Shown here: piece after piece, positions 9,866 through 19,993 of the stretch | Numbering within the stretch: position 1 is the stretch's first letter | How the letters are laid out: each line of letters opens with the position of its first letter | Assembly (NCBI GenBank): GCA_965213685.1 | Contig: CBDBZY010000012.1 | Span: 76,593-140,592, forward strand | Reading direction: 5' to 3' | Length of the DNA: 64,000 bases | DNA from: a bacterium | GTDB lineage: Bacteria; UBA8248 | Notes under the pieces: generated by a model | Databases searched by the model: none | Told to the model about the DNA's origin: nothing | Seen by the model: the letters and a program-made list of their open reading frames with translations, nothing else | Translations under genes and position numbers: made by a program

Positions 9866-11581
9866 TCAAACTCCCGCGACGGCAGCCATATCGGGCGTTC
9901 GCTGGATGTCTTTGCGTTGGATGATGCGATGCGAGGCGTAGGTGGCGACTCCGACGATGACCACGGCGATGACGCCGAGAGCCGCGCCGGGACCACGGCC
10001 CGCCGCCGATTGCATGAACTCGTAGATGCCGAAGGCGAGCGGAGCGTCGGATTCCTGCGACACCAGCATGATGGTCGTCGACAACTCGACCGCCGCGGTG
10101 GCGAAGCTGGTGACGAAGCCGGCGACGATGCCGCCGGACATCAGCGGCACGACGATGCGATAAATGGTGCGGCCCTTGGTCGCCCCCAGGTTCTCGGCCG
10201 CCTCTTCGAGCATCACGCTGATCTGTTGCAGGGTCGCGACGCAGGCGCGCAGGGCGTAGGGCAGCCGCCGGATGGAGAGGGCGACGACGATGATCACCCA
10301 CCAGGACGCCAGGGGCTTGTCGATGATCGGCACGTTAAACTCATAGAAGGTGCGCAGGTAGCCGATGCCCAGAACCACGCCGGGAACCGCCACCGCCCCC
10401 ATGGCGGCGTAGTCGAGCCATTGGCGGCCGACGAGCCGGGTGCGCCAGACGACGTAGGCGATCGCCGTGCCGAAGACGACGTCAACGGCGGCGGCGAGGC
10501 CCGCGTAGATGAGCGTGTTGGTGATGAACTCGGAGGAAGTCGAGAGCACCCGCAGATAGTGCGCGAGGGTGTAGGCGTCGGGCAACACGCTGAACGACCA
10601 GACCGTGCCGAAGGACAGGATGAGGAGGCCAAAGTGCGGCGACAGCACCACCAGCAGGATGAAGATGACGACGCCGTTGCAGGCGACCTTCTCCCAGGGC
10701 CGCAGGTCGCGTTTCATCAGCCCTCCCCCGCCCTTCTGCACAGTGGCGTAATCCTTGCCCCGCAGCACCAGAAACGAGGTCCACAGCGACAGGAGAGAGA
10801 ATACGACCAGGATTACCGAGATCACGTAGCCCATCGGGTCCGAGATGCCGATGGAGGAGATGCGCAGGTAGGCCTGCGGTGCCAGCATGTTGTTGATGTT
10901 AAGCAACAGGGGCGTGCCGATGTCGTCGAACACTTTCAGGAATACCAGGGATGCGCCGGCGACGTAGCCGGGCATGGCCAGCGGAAACACGATGCGGCGG
11001 AACAGGCGCGTGCCGCTGGCGCCCAGGTTCTGGGCCGACTCCTCCATCGCCCGGTCGATGTTGTGGAGCGAGGCCGAGAGATTGATGAGGATGAACGGGA
11101 AGTAGTGGATGCTTTCGACCAGGATGACGCCGTTGAGCCCTTCCATGAACGGGATGGTGAAGCCGAACCACTCGTCCAACAGCAGGTTGAGCGATCCGTT
11201 CTCGCCGAGTAGCAGGAGCATCGCCACGGCGCCGACGAAGGGCGGCATGATCAGCGGGAGAACGCCGAGGGTCTGAATCAGGAGGGTGCCGCCGAAGTGG
11301 AAGCGGGTCGTGAAATAGGCGAGCGGTATGGCGAAGCACGACGCCACCACCACCGACATGCAGGCGACATAGAGCGAATTGATGAAGGATTCCTGAAACA
11401 GGCTGGTGCGGAAGAAGTCGAAAAAGTTGATCAGCGTCAGCGCGCCCGTGTTGGGATCCTGGAACGCGACGTAGATCACCTTGATGACCGGCACGACCAG
11501 GAAAGCGAACAAAAAGAGGCCGACGAGCATAGCCACCGCCGCCGGCCCCCACTGGCCGCGCGCCATCGCGTCCAGAGACAT
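9866..11581 (-). CDS. ABC transporter permease, FbpB-type with two fused TM domains
   Basis: About 12 TM segments; two EAA motifs (MEESAQNLGA, LEEAAENLGA). Confidence 0.9.
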   Translation of the reverse strand: MSLDAMARGQWGPAAVAMLVGLFLFAFLVVPVIKVIYVAFQDPNTGALTLINFFDFFRTSLFQESFINSLYVACMSVVVASCFAIPLAYFTTRFHFGGTLLIQTLGVLPLIMPPFVGAVAMLLLLGENGSLNLLLDEWFGFTIPFMEGLNGVILVESIHYFPFILINLSASLHNIDRAMEESAQNLGASGTRLFRRIVFPLAMPGYVAGASLVFLKVFDDIGTPLLLNINNMLAPQAYLRISSIGISDPMGYVISVILVVFSLLSLWTSFLVLRGKDYATVQKGGGGLMKRDLRPWEKVACNGVVIFILLVVLSPHFGLLILSFGTVWSFSVLPDAYTLAHYLRVLSTSSEFITNTLIYAGLAAAVDVVFGTAIAYVVWRTRLVGRQWLDYAAMGAVAVPGVVLGIGYLRTFYEFNVPIIDKPLASWWVIIVVALSIRRLPYALRACVATLQQISVMLEEAAENLGATKGRTIYRIVVPLMSGGIVAGFVTSFATAAVELSTTIMLVSQESDAPLAFGIYEFMQSAAGRGPGAALGVIAVVIVGVATYASHRIIQRKDIQRTPDMAAVAGV

Positions 11582-11620
11582 TCTTCCCCTCTTTCTCTCT
11601 CCCCGCGCCCGCAACGCGGG

Positions 11621-12973
11621 TTAGAGCATGGACGCCGCCCTCTCGGCCAGCGCCTTGGCCTTGGCGTAGTTGGCCTTGACCTGGGTGTCCCAGCCCTGCT
11701 CGACCTCGGCCTGGCGGCCGGTCACCTTGGTGGTCGCCTTCTTGCGCTTCTTCCTGAATATCCGGTTGAAGTCTTTCTGGCTCGCCCGGGCGGCGTCAAT
11801 GGGCACTTTGGCGACCAGCGCCTTGGCCTGGGCGAGCAGTTTCCGCGCCTCGGCGTGGGGCTTCTTGCCGTCCATCTTCGCCTCGGCGTCCTGGATCGCC
11901 TTGGTCGCCGCGCGCAGATCCCTGAGGCGGTAAGTGACCATCACGTCGAACAGGGAGTTGATCACGTTGTAACGGCTCTTCGAGAGTTGGAGGTCAAACT
12001 TGACCGCGGCGCCGATGGATTTGTCCTTGAACGGGTTGGGAAAGTCGGCGGGCGCTTTGGCGTAGCTCGCCGGATTGACGGGCAGGCGCCGGATCTTCGG
12101 GTCGAGCAGTACCTCCTGGCCTTCGGGCGACAGGAGGAATTCGATGAAGGCCGCTGCCGCCTTCGGATGCGGCGCGTTGCTCACGATGGCGATGTTCGCC
12201 GGCACCAGGGTCGTCACCGGCGGGTAGATGAACTTGACCGGGAACCCCGAAGCCTCCGACGACAGGCCGAAAAAATCAATCACGATGCCCAGGCCGAACT
12301 GTCCCGAGTTGACGCCGTCGGGCACGCCGAAGCTGCGCTCGGTGACGGTCTTGAAGTTGCCCGCGATGGCTTTCCACATCGCCCAGCCCTCGGCCCATCC
12401 TTTTCCCTGCAACAGGGTCTCAACGGTCAGATGGGTGGTGCCGGAGCGCGACGGCGCGCTCATGCCGACGTGGCCGTGATAGACGGGTTTGGCCAGGTCG
12501 GCCCAGGTCGTGGGCACCGGCAACTTCTTGGCCTTGAGGTAGCGGGTGTTCCACATGATGCCGTAGCCGGACGCCGCGAACCCCTTGTAGTAACCCTCCG
12601 GGTCGTTGATCGGGAAAGCGCCCACCTTCTGGGGGATGCCGGCGACCTTGACCTCGTATTTCTGCAGAAGGCCGTCGCCCTTCAGCACCTCGAAAGCGTC
12701 GGGGGCGGAAGCCCAGAACATGTCCGACTTGTTGTTGCCAGCCGTCTCCTGCAGATACTTGATGCCGGCCGTGGTCTTCTTCTTCAGCATCTCGACCTTG
12801 ACGCCGGGATGCTTCTTCTCGAAAGCCGCCTTGACCGTGGTCGTGGTATCCGGCGGGTAGGACGTGACGATGACGAGTTTGTTCTCCAGTGCGCTCGCAC
12901 CGAACGGCACCGCCAGGAAGGACAAGGCAAGGCCGACGGCAACGGTGCGGAAAGTCGTTCTCATAATAGCCAT
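11621..12973 (-). CDS. ABC transporter substrate-binding protein (Fe3+/polyamine class, PgtC-like)
   Basis: Signal peptide; LVIVTSYP, DMFWASAP, SGYGIMWN, MSAPSRSGTTHL, IVIDFFG, FIEFLLSPEGQ. Confidence 0.85.
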   Translation of the reverse strand: MAIMRTTFRTVAVGLALSFLAVPFGASALENKLVIVTSYPPDTTTTVKAAFEKKHPGVKVEMLKKKTTAGIKYLQETAGNNKSDMFWASAPDAFEVLKGDGLLQKYEVKVAGIPQKVGAFPINDPEGYYKGFAASGYGIMWNTRYLKAKKLPVPTTWADLAKPVYHGHVGMSAPSRSGTTHLTVETLLQGKGWAEGWAMWKAIAGNFKTVTERSFGVPDGVNSGQFGLGIVIDFFGLSSEASGFPVKFIYPPVTTLVPANIAIVSNAPHPKAAAAFIEFLLSPEGQEVLLDPKIRRLPVNPASYAKAPADFPNPFKDKSIGAAVKFDLQLSKSRYNVINSLFDVMVTYRLRDLRAATKAIQDAEAKMDGKKPHAEARKLLAQAKALVAKVPIDAARASQKDFNRIFRKKRKKATTKVTGRQAEVEQGWDTQVKANYAKAKALAERAASML

Positions 12974-13067
12974 TGTCTCTGTTCTCCTCCTCGTTTTCTT
13001 GTCTGGCGGGTTCGTCGTCATGACGTGCCGGTTGCGCCCGGCGGGTCGAACGTTCCAGTCAACCGTC

Positions 13068-13096
13068 AATATGATGAAGAACGTCCAGGCTGTCAA
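13068..13096 (-). promoter_or_regulatory. Sigma70 promoter of the ABC operon
   Basis: Minus strand TTGACA-N17-CATATT upstream of the SBP gene. Confidence 0.6.
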
Positions 13097-13193
13097 ATGC
13101 GCGGCGTCCCCGGAAAGTCGGGCGAGCGGTCGAGGCGTAGGCGCGCGACCGGGGAGGGATGCGCGATGGGCGGGCGGGCGCCTTCAGCGCCCG

Positions 13194-13553
13194 TCAGCCG
13201 TCCCCGTCCTCGGGTGCGGCCCCGCGCTTCTCGAGATATTCCCCGTACTCGTCGTGCGTGGTCTCGGGACAAAGGTCGGGGCCGCGCTTGTAGGCGGCCC
13301 GGGAGATGAGGTGCGCGGCGACGGGGGCGGTCAGGAACAGGAAGCAGACGGCGAGTACGGCCTGCGTCGTGACGGTGGGGCTCTGAAAGACGAGGCTGGT
13401 GCCGAGGAGGATGCCGCCCATGCCGAAGGTGGTGGCCTTGGTGGCGGCGTGCATCCGGCAGTAGACGTCCGGCAGGCGCAGAAGCCCGATGCTCGCGACC
13501 AGCATGAAGAACGCGCCGATCAGCAGCAGGGCGGCGGCGAGGGCGTCACTCAA
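13194..13553 (-). CDS. mrpG: Na+/H+ antiporter subunit G
   Basis: GLLRLPDVYCRMHAATKATT, FLFLTAPVAAHLI. Confidence 0.93.
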   Translation of the reverse strand: MSDALAAALLLIGAFFMLVASIGLLRLPDVYCRMHAATKATTFGMGGILLGTSLVFQSPTVTTQAVLAVCFLFLTAPVAAHLISRAAYKRGPDLCPETTHDEYGEYLEKRGAAPEDGDG

Positions 13554-13815
13554 TGATTCTCCCCCTCTCGAGAAACTTCGCGTAGACCGTGGCGCCCACG
13601 AAGCTCAGGATCGCCAGGGCGAGCACGGCGATGATGAAGAGCTTGTTGCCCGTCTGGATCGCGTAGAGGGCGATGACGCCCAGCACGTTCGTGGCGATGG
13701 CGTCGGCCGCCACGACACGGTCGGACGTCGTGGGTCCCTTGACGAGGCGGGCGAACGCCAGGATGAGGGAGAGGCCCAACATGATCAGGCTGGCCTGGAC
13801 GGCCCACGAAATCAT
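13546..13815 (-). CDS. mrpF: Na+/H+ antiporter subunit F
   Basis: RLVKGPTTSDRVVAAD, LSFVGATVYAKFL. Confidence 0.93.
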   Translation of the reverse strand: MISWAVQASLIMLGLSLILAFARLVKGPTTSDRVVAADAIATNVLGVIALYAIQTGNKLFIIAVLALAILSFVGATVYAKFLERGRIIE

Positions 13816-14285
13816 TCCACGGCCCCCACGATGGGCTGCTCCAGTCCCTTGCGGATGCTGGCGATCACCTCGTCGGGGTGGTCGATGTCCAGCGTATGGA
13901 CGAAAATCGTCTCATGATCCTCCGACACGTCCACGCTCAGCGTCCCGGGCGTGAGGGTGATGGAGTTGGCCAGCATCGTCACCCCCAGGGGCGTCTTGCA
14001 GGCCGTCTTGTAGGGGATGATGCCCGGGCGAATCGCTATCCTGGGCGCCAGCACGATTTTCAGCACCTGGAGATTGGCGACGAGCAGCTCCCAGGTAAAG
14101 CTTCTCAGATACCGGAAATAGCTGCCGATGCGGAAAAACGTTCTGTCCTGGTAGTAGGATTTCTTCAGGAAACGGATGATGAGGATGGCCATGACGAGGC
14201 CGACGAAGAAATGCCCGGGCGTGGCGCTGCCGTGCAGGAGTATCCATATGGCGGCGATGGTGAATGCGAGCGTGGCGAGCGGCAT
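13812..14285 (-). CDS. mrpE: Na+/H+ antiporter subunit E
   Basis: ELLVANLQV, LANSITLTPGTL. Confidence 0.93.
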   Translation of the reverse strand: MPLATLAFTIAAIWILLHGSATPGHFFVGLVMAILIIRFLKKSYYQDRTFFRIGSYFRYLRSFTWELLVANLQVLKIVLAPRIAIRPGIIPYKTACKTPLGVTMLANSITLTPGTLSVDVSEDHETIFVHTLDIDHPDEVIASIRKGLEQPIVGAVE

Positions 14286-14300
14286 ACTGCGGGCCTCCCC

Positions 14301-15777
14301 TTATCCGGTTCTCTGCATGGCGGCGATGTATAGCTCAGGCCTCGTGATCTGGGCGGCCACGAGCTGCGCCCACTCAAAGAGCCAGAAGGCGCCCAGGCCG
14401 AAGAGAATCGCGAAAGCGGAGAGGAAGGCGACGGCCCCGTAGAGGCCCGCGCCCGCCGCGCCGACCTCGCCGCCGCCCGTTCCCCAGGCGTAGCGCTGAT
14501 ACGTCGTGAAGTTATAGTAGAGCGATATGACGCCGAATCCCAGGGCGACGCCCGTCGCGAGGGTCGCGCCCTGGGCGAATCCCGCCTGGAGCACGAAGAG
14601 CTTGGCGAAGAAGCCCGTGAATGGCGGAAAGCCCGCGAGGGACAGGAATCCCACCAGCATCAGGAGGCTGGCGAAGGGCGCCTTGCCCATCATCCCGCCC
14701 ATCCGCTCGAGGTCCACCGTGCCGGTCAGCTTCTGGTTGAGGCCGGCTCCGAGCAGCATCGCGCTTTTGAGATATGCGTGGCCCACGATGTAGAAGACCG
14801 CCGCCGCGAGTCCCGCCTGCGAGAGGAGGGCGACGCCGAAGATGATGTAGCCGAGCTGGTTGATGGTGCTGTAGGCGAGAATGCGCTTCAGGCTGGTCTG
14901 GGGCAGGGTGCCGAGGGCGCCCATGGCGATGGTGCACAGCCCCATGAGGATGAGGCCTGGCTGGAGCTGCAGGAACGCGGCCGGGAAGATGAGCGTGGCG
15001 CAGCGGATGATGGCGTAGATGCCCACCTTGACGAGGACGCCCGCGAGGATGGCGCTGATGGGGGTGGGCGATATCGAATGCGCCGAGGGGAGCCACAGGT
15101 GCATGGGGAAGATCGCCGCCTTGACGCTGAACACGAAGACGAAGACGAGGGCGGTCACCACGAGGAGGGGCGAGGGGCCGAGGAGCCGGATTTTCACGGC
15201 GAGGTCCGCCATGTTCACCGTGCCGGTCTGGGCGTAGAGAAAGGCGACGCCGAGCAGGAAAAAGGCGGACGCGATGAGGTTCAGGCAGGTGTATTTGAAC
15301 GCCGTCTCGAGCTGGTCGAGGTTGTGGTAGAAGCCGAGCAGCGCGTAGGTGGCCATGAGCATGACCTCGAAGAAGACGAACAGGTTGAACAGGTCGCCCG
15401 TGATGAAGCAGCCTTGTATCCCCATCAGCAGGAAATGCAGCAGCGGATGGAACGCCTCTTTGCGCTGCTCCTCCGAGAGGTAGCTTCTGGCGAAGACGGC
15501 GCACGCGCCCACGATGGACGCCGAGAGGCACAGGAGCGTGGCGGTGAGCCTGTCGGCGGCCAGGACGATGGCGTAGGGGAAGGGCCAAAGTCCCATCCTG
15601 TGCGTGAATATCGCGCCCCTCCGCCGTCGCGCTCAAAAGCGCGGCGGCCAGTACCAGGTTCACCAGCAGCGAGAGGATGCTCACCGATTCCTGGAGGCCG
15701 CGGCTTCTGCGCACCATGAAGAGCGCCGTGCCCGTGGCCAGCGGCCAGATGACGAACAGGGGGAAGATGGCGCTCAT
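14301..15777 (-). CDS. mrpD: Na+/H+ antiporter subunit D, split by an apparent +1 frameshift at 15626-15629
   Basis: The N-terminus MSAIFPLFVIWPL..ATAEG is in one frame and AIFTHRMGLWPFPYAIVLAADRL..TGDLFNLFVFFEVML..WLPSAH..KVGIY is in another. Removing one base of the C4 run restores a single ORF. Confidence 0.9.
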
Positions 15778-16124
15778 CCTCTCAGCCTCCGGATCTCGTC
15801 GATGTCGTCCGTCCGGAACTTGCGGTAGGCGAAAAACGCCAGGACGAGCAAGAACGCCGTCACCGCGAAGCTGATCACGATGGCGGTCAGCACCATGGCC
15901 TGGGGCAGGGGGTCCACGTAGGCGAGGGGATCGATCGGGCCTCCCTCCTTGGGAACGATGGGCGCCCTGCCGTCTCCCACCCAGCCGGAGGCGACTATCA
16001 TGAGGTTCGTGGCGTGGCTGAGCACCGCCATGCCGAGCACCACCTGGATGATTTTGCGCTGCATGATGAGATAGGAGGCGACCGTGACCAGCACCCCTAT
16101 CGTCATCGCCATGATCCAGAGCAC
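15774..16124 (-). CDS. mrpC: Na+/H+ antiporter subunit C
   Basis: GTG start; LSHATNL, DPLPQAMVLTAIVISFA. Confidence 0.93.
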   Translation of the reverse strand: MLWIMAMTIGVLVTVASYLIMQRKIIQVVLGMAVLSHATNLMIVASGWVGDGRAPIVPKEGGPIDPLAYVDPLPQAMVLTAIVISFAVTAFLLVLAFFAYRKFRTDDIDEIRRLRG

Positions 16125-16138
16125 TTTGGTTTCTTCCC

Positions 16139-16564
16139 CTATCGGTTTGTCGGACGCTGTCCGCACAGGTTCGTGAATATCGACATCGCCACGCCGACCA
16201 CCACCCCGTACACCCCGACGTCGAACAGAAAAGCGGTGAACAGCTCGACGTCGCCGACGAACGGCAGCGCGAAGTGGTACACCGCGCTTTTCAGATACGC
16301 CCCCTTGATGTAGCCCCATGCGCCCGTGATGGTGGAGAGAGCCAGCCCGAGGAGGAAGATGTTCTCATAGGGCCAGTTGAACCGCCGCCAGCCCTCCTCG
16401 GCGTCCACCGCCACCCATTGGAGCACGATGCCCACCGACGTCATCAGTCCCGCGATGAAGCCGCCCCCCGGCTGGTTGTGGCCGTAGATGAGCAGAAAAA
16501 AGGAGAACAGCAGCGTGAGGTGCAGGACGACGGGGGCGGTCGTTTGCAGAATCAGTGATCCCAT
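16139..16564 (-). CDS. mrpB: Na+/H+ antiporter subunit B
   Basis: GHNQPGGGFIAGL, FDVGVY. A separate MrpB indicates a group 1 mrp operon. Confidence 0.92.
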   Translation of the reverse strand: MGSLILQTTAPVVLHLTLLFSFFLLIYGHNQPGGGFIAGLMTSVGIVLQWVAVDAEEGWRRFNWPYENIFLLGLALSTITGAWGYIKGAYLKSAVYHFALPFVGDVELFTAFLFDVGVYGVVVGVAMSIFTNLCGQRPTNR

Positions 16565-18897
16565 TTGGCGTCTCCCGCCAGCCGAACGATGGCGTAGATG
16601 GCGATTCCCGCGATGACCAGCACGGTGATCTCGCCCAGGGTGTCGTATCCGCGGTAATCGACGATGATCGCGTTGACCACGTTCTTGAAGCCGGCCACCG
16701 GCTTGCTCGTGCGCATGAAGTAGTCCGCGATGGTCCGGAACTGGTGCGTGTTCATGACGGCGGCCATGCCGAGTGCCGCGCATGCGCCCAGGGCGACCGC
16801 GATTCCCCAGTCCCGCATTTTTCGGGCGGGAGAGAGGCGGGCGGGCTGCAGCTCGGGCAGGTAGTGGAAAACGAGCAGGAACAGCACCACGGAGGCCGAT
16901 TCGATCATGATTTGGGTCAGCGCCAGATCCGGAGCCTTCAGGAGCAGATACAGCCCGGAGATGGAGTAGCCCATGGTGCCCAGGGCGAGAATCGCCGGGA
17001 TTCTCCGCCGGAAGAGCGCGGTGGCGAGCGCCGCGCCCATCGTCATCAGCGAGATGACGACGAGGAGGAGCGACGCGCCCGCGAACGTTCCGGGGAAGAC
17101 GTCCTCCCCCCATTTCATCGACGAGACGGCATACAGGATGACGGCGGTGGGCACCACCAGCATCCAGCGCATGTATCTTCGGAGGTTTCCGTCCTGGATG
17201 AGGAGGAGCACCTCCCAGGTGCCGTGGCGCAGCCAGTCGATGAAGCCGTTATACGCCTTCTCGGGGGTGGGCGCGTTCCCCCATGCGCGGGCGATCGCGT
17301 CGAGGGCGGCCCGCACGCGGGCGAAGCGGAGGTAGAGCCCCACCCCCAGCGCCATGGTGACGATCGACATGATCAGGGGCGCGTTCACCCCGTGCCAAAG
17401 CCCCAGGTGGAGTTCGAGGCGCTCGCCGCCGCCCAGCGTGGCCGCAGCGGCGGGCGCTACGACGGCGTTTTCGATGACGCCCGGCGCCAGGCCGAACAGG
17501 AGCGCCAGGAGCACCAGGATGGCGGGCGCCGCGAGCATCCCCCAGGGCGGGTCGTGGGGATGCCTGGGCGCTTCTCCCTCGGCCGCCTTCCAGTAGGGCT
17601 CCCCCAGAAACCGCAGGTGGTAGAGTGCCGTGAACACGCCCGCGAAAAGGGTGAGCCAGGGCCAGAACCAGCCCCAGCTCCCGGGGCCTCCGGGGCGGAG
17701 ACTCGCCTCGTAGAGCATTTCCTTGGTGATGAAGCCGCCCAGGGGCGGGACGCCGATCAGGCTGAGGGCGGCGAGGAGCGCGAGGATGTGGGTCCGGGGC
17801 ATCAGCCTTCGCAGGTTTCCCAGGAGCCTGACGTCCCGCGTGCCCGCCTCGTGATCGATGATGCCGACCGTCATGAACATCGCCGCCTTGGCGGCCGCGT
17901 GGTTATAGAGGTGAAGGGTGGCGCCGACGATGGCCCCCCTGCCGCCATAGCCCAGGAAGGTGACGATGAGTCCCAGCTGGCTGATCGTCCCATACGCCAG
18001 GATGGCCTTGAGGTCGTGGGCGCGCAGGGAGAGCAGGCCGCCGGCGATCATCGTCGTCATGCCGAGGCCGGTGACGACGTAGCCCCAGGCCGGGTGGGCG
18101 CCCAGAATCGGATAAAAGCGCGAGAGCAGGTAGATGCCCGCCTTCACCATGGTGGCCGAATGGAGAAAGGCGCTGATGGGCGTGGGCGCCTCCATGGCGT
18201 TCGGCAGCCAGATGTGGAAGGGCCACTGCGCGCTCTTGGTGGCCGCGCCGAGGATGATCAGCACGAAAACGCCCAGGGATACGTGCCGGGCGGGCTCCGG
18301 TGCCAGCACCAGTTGGGAGAGGCGCCATTCGCCCGTCGCGTCGCCGAGGAGCAGGAAGCCTCCCAGCATGGCGAGGCCTCCGCTTCCGGTGATGAGAATC
18401 GCCTTGGTGGCGCCGTAGTTGGACGCCTTTTTCTCTGACCAGAAGCCGATCAGGAAAAACGAGGTGATGCTCGTCAGCTCCCAGAAGATGAAGAGCGAGA
18501 TGAGATGGTTCGAGAAGACCACGCCCAGCATCGAGCCCATGAAGGCGATCAGAAAAGCGTAATAGCGCCCGAGTGCCTCGCCCGCGTGGAGGTACCAGTG
18601 CGAATACAGGACGATGAGCGCGCCCACGCCGGCGACCAGAAAGCCCCACATCAGGCTCAGGCCGTCCACCATGAAGGATATTTCCACGTTGGCCGCCGGC
18701 ACCCAGGGGATGACGCGCGTGATGGTCCTCTGCCCCGCCGCCGCCCATTCCCGGTAAAGCCCGCAGAGTGCCCACGCGCTCACGAGGGGCGCCGCCATGG
18801 CGAACCAGGCGGCGCCCTTGCGGAACCGGTTCGCGAGGAGGGGAACGACGAGGGCGGCGAGGAACGGGAAGAAAACGATGATGAGGGTATTGTCCAA
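16552..18897 (-). CDS. mrpA: Na+/H+ antiporter subunit A
   Basis: FWELTSITSFFLIG, KSAQWPFHIWLPNAMEAPTPISAFLHSATMVKAG, APDLALTQ, NVVNAIIVDYRGYDTLGE; TTG start inferred. Confidence 0.95.
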   Translation of the reverse strand: MDNTLIIVFFPFLAALVVPLLANRFRKGAAWFAMAAPLVSAWALCGLYREWAAAGQRTITRVIPWVPAANVEISFMVDGLSLMWGFLVAGVGALIVLYSHWYLHAGEALGRYYAFLIAFMGSMLGVVFSNHLISLFIFWELTSITSFFLIGFWSEKKASNYGATKAILITGSGGLAMLGGFLLLGDATGEWRLSQLVLAPEPARHVSLGVFVLIILGAATKSAQWPFHIWLPNAMEAPTPISAFLHSATMVKAGIYLLSRFYPILGAHPAWGYVVTGLGMTTMIAGGLLSLRAHDLKAILAYGTISQLGLIVTFLGYGGRGAIVGATLHLYNHAAAKAAMFMTVGIIDHEAGTRDVRLLGNLRRLMPRTHILALLAALSLIGVPPLGGFITKEMLYEASLRPGGPGSWGWFWPWLTLFAGVFTALYHLRFLGEPYWKAAEGEAPRHPHDPPWGMLAAPAILVLLALLFGLAPGVIENAVVAPAAAATLGGGERLELHLGLWHGVNAPLIMSIVTMALGVGLYLRFARVRAALDAIARAWGNAPTPEKAYNGFIDWLRHGTWEVLLLIQDGNLRRYMRWMLVVPTAVILYAVSSMKWGEDVFPGTFAGASLLLVVISLMTMGAALATALFRRRIPAILALGTMGYSISGLYLLLKAPDLALTQIMIESASVVLFLLVFHYLPELQPARLSPARKMRDWGIAVALGACAALGMAAVMNTHQFRTIADYFMRTSKPVAGFKNVVNAIIVDYRGYDTLGEITVLVIAGIAIYAIVRLAGDAKWDH

Positions 18898-19150
18898 GGC
18901 GCGACCCTTCGAGGGTGGTTCTCGCATATGAAAAGCAGGTCTTGAAAAATAATGGCATAATTGATGAAATCGGACAAGAAAAGAACAGCCTCGCTTCCTG
19001 GACGCGCCGTCTGCGGCGAGGGATGGCGCGCGCGTGCGGCCGTCTCCGGCGGGATGGCGTTGCGGACCGAGGAGCCGGAACGGGGGGGAGGAGAGGCGCG
19101 TCCCGCATGTTCCGGTTCTTTCCGTTGTGCCATAGGGGGGTGCTCAGTCC

Positions 19151-19921
19151 TTGGGGGAGACGACCTACCGCCTCTACGCCCTGTGCCAGGGGACGCGCGC
19201 GTGCGACGCCTCCTGGCTGCTGTATCTGAGCGAGTCGGGGCGCGTGCGGGAGCTGCCCTATTTCTTCTGGCTGCTGGTGCCCGAGGCCGGAGGTGCGCCC
19301 ATCGCCGTGGACACCGGCTTCAGCGAGGCGGCCCAGAAGGCGCGCAATCCCGTCTATGCGGGCTACCGCCAGCAGCGGGAGCTTCTGGGACATTTCGGCG
19401 TCAAGCCGTCCGACGTCCAGACCCTCATCGTGAGCCACCTGCACTGGGATCACTTCTCCTCGGCGCGGCTGTTCTCCTCCGCGCGGTTTTATCTGCAGAG
19501 GGCGGAGCTGGATTTCTGGCGGAGCGACGCGGCGGGGTATCATTTCCTCAACCATTTTCTGGGCGACCTCCCCGAGGCGGAGAGGCTGGAGGAGGCGGGC
19601 CGCCTCGTGCTGGTGGAGGGCGAGGCGGAGATCGCCGACGGCGTGCGCGTCCACCGGGTGGGGGGGCACACGCCGGGCCTGCAGATCGTCCGCTTCCGCG
19701 CGCAGGAGGGCTGGGCGGTGCTGGCCGTGGACGCGGCCTACGTCTACCGGAGCCTGGAGTCCATGATTCCGCCCGGCATCCACGTGCACGTGGACGACGC
19801 GCTGCGCGCCCTCGACGCCATCAAGGACCTGGCCGATTCCCCGCGCCTCATTTTCGCGGGCCACGACGCGCGCGACCTGAAAATCCGGGAGGCGTTCCCC
19901 GGCGTGCGGCGGCTGGCGTGA
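19151..19921 (+). CDS. Metallo-beta-lactamase fold, N-acyl-homoserine lactonase-like family
   Basis: VDTGF, SHLHWDH, GGHTPG, AVDA, FAGHD. Confidence 0.85.
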   Translation: MGETTYRLYALCQGTRACDASWLLYLSESGRVRELPYFFWLLVPEAGGAPIAVDTGFSEAAQKARNPVYAGYRQQRELLGHFGVKPSDVQTLIVSHLHWDHFSSARLFSSARFYLQRAELDFWRSDAAGYHFLNHFLGDLPEAERLEEAGRLVLVEGEAEIADGVRVHRVGGHTPGLQIVRFRAQEGWAVLAVDAAYVYRSLESMIPPGIHVHVDDALRALDAIKDLADSPRLIFAGHDARDLKIREAFPGVRRLA

Positions 19922-19993
19922 GGGGTGCATCCCGCTCATGACTGGCGCCTCGACCCCCATCCATCAACAACTTTTATAATTGATAAGGAAAAC

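Noticed and set aside
15626-15629. Programmed frameshifting or phase variation in mrpD and the dehalogenase
   Set aside because: Four-base runs are too short for typical slipped-strand switching, no slippery heptamer or stimulator is evident, and a repeated +1 pattern fits sequencing error better.
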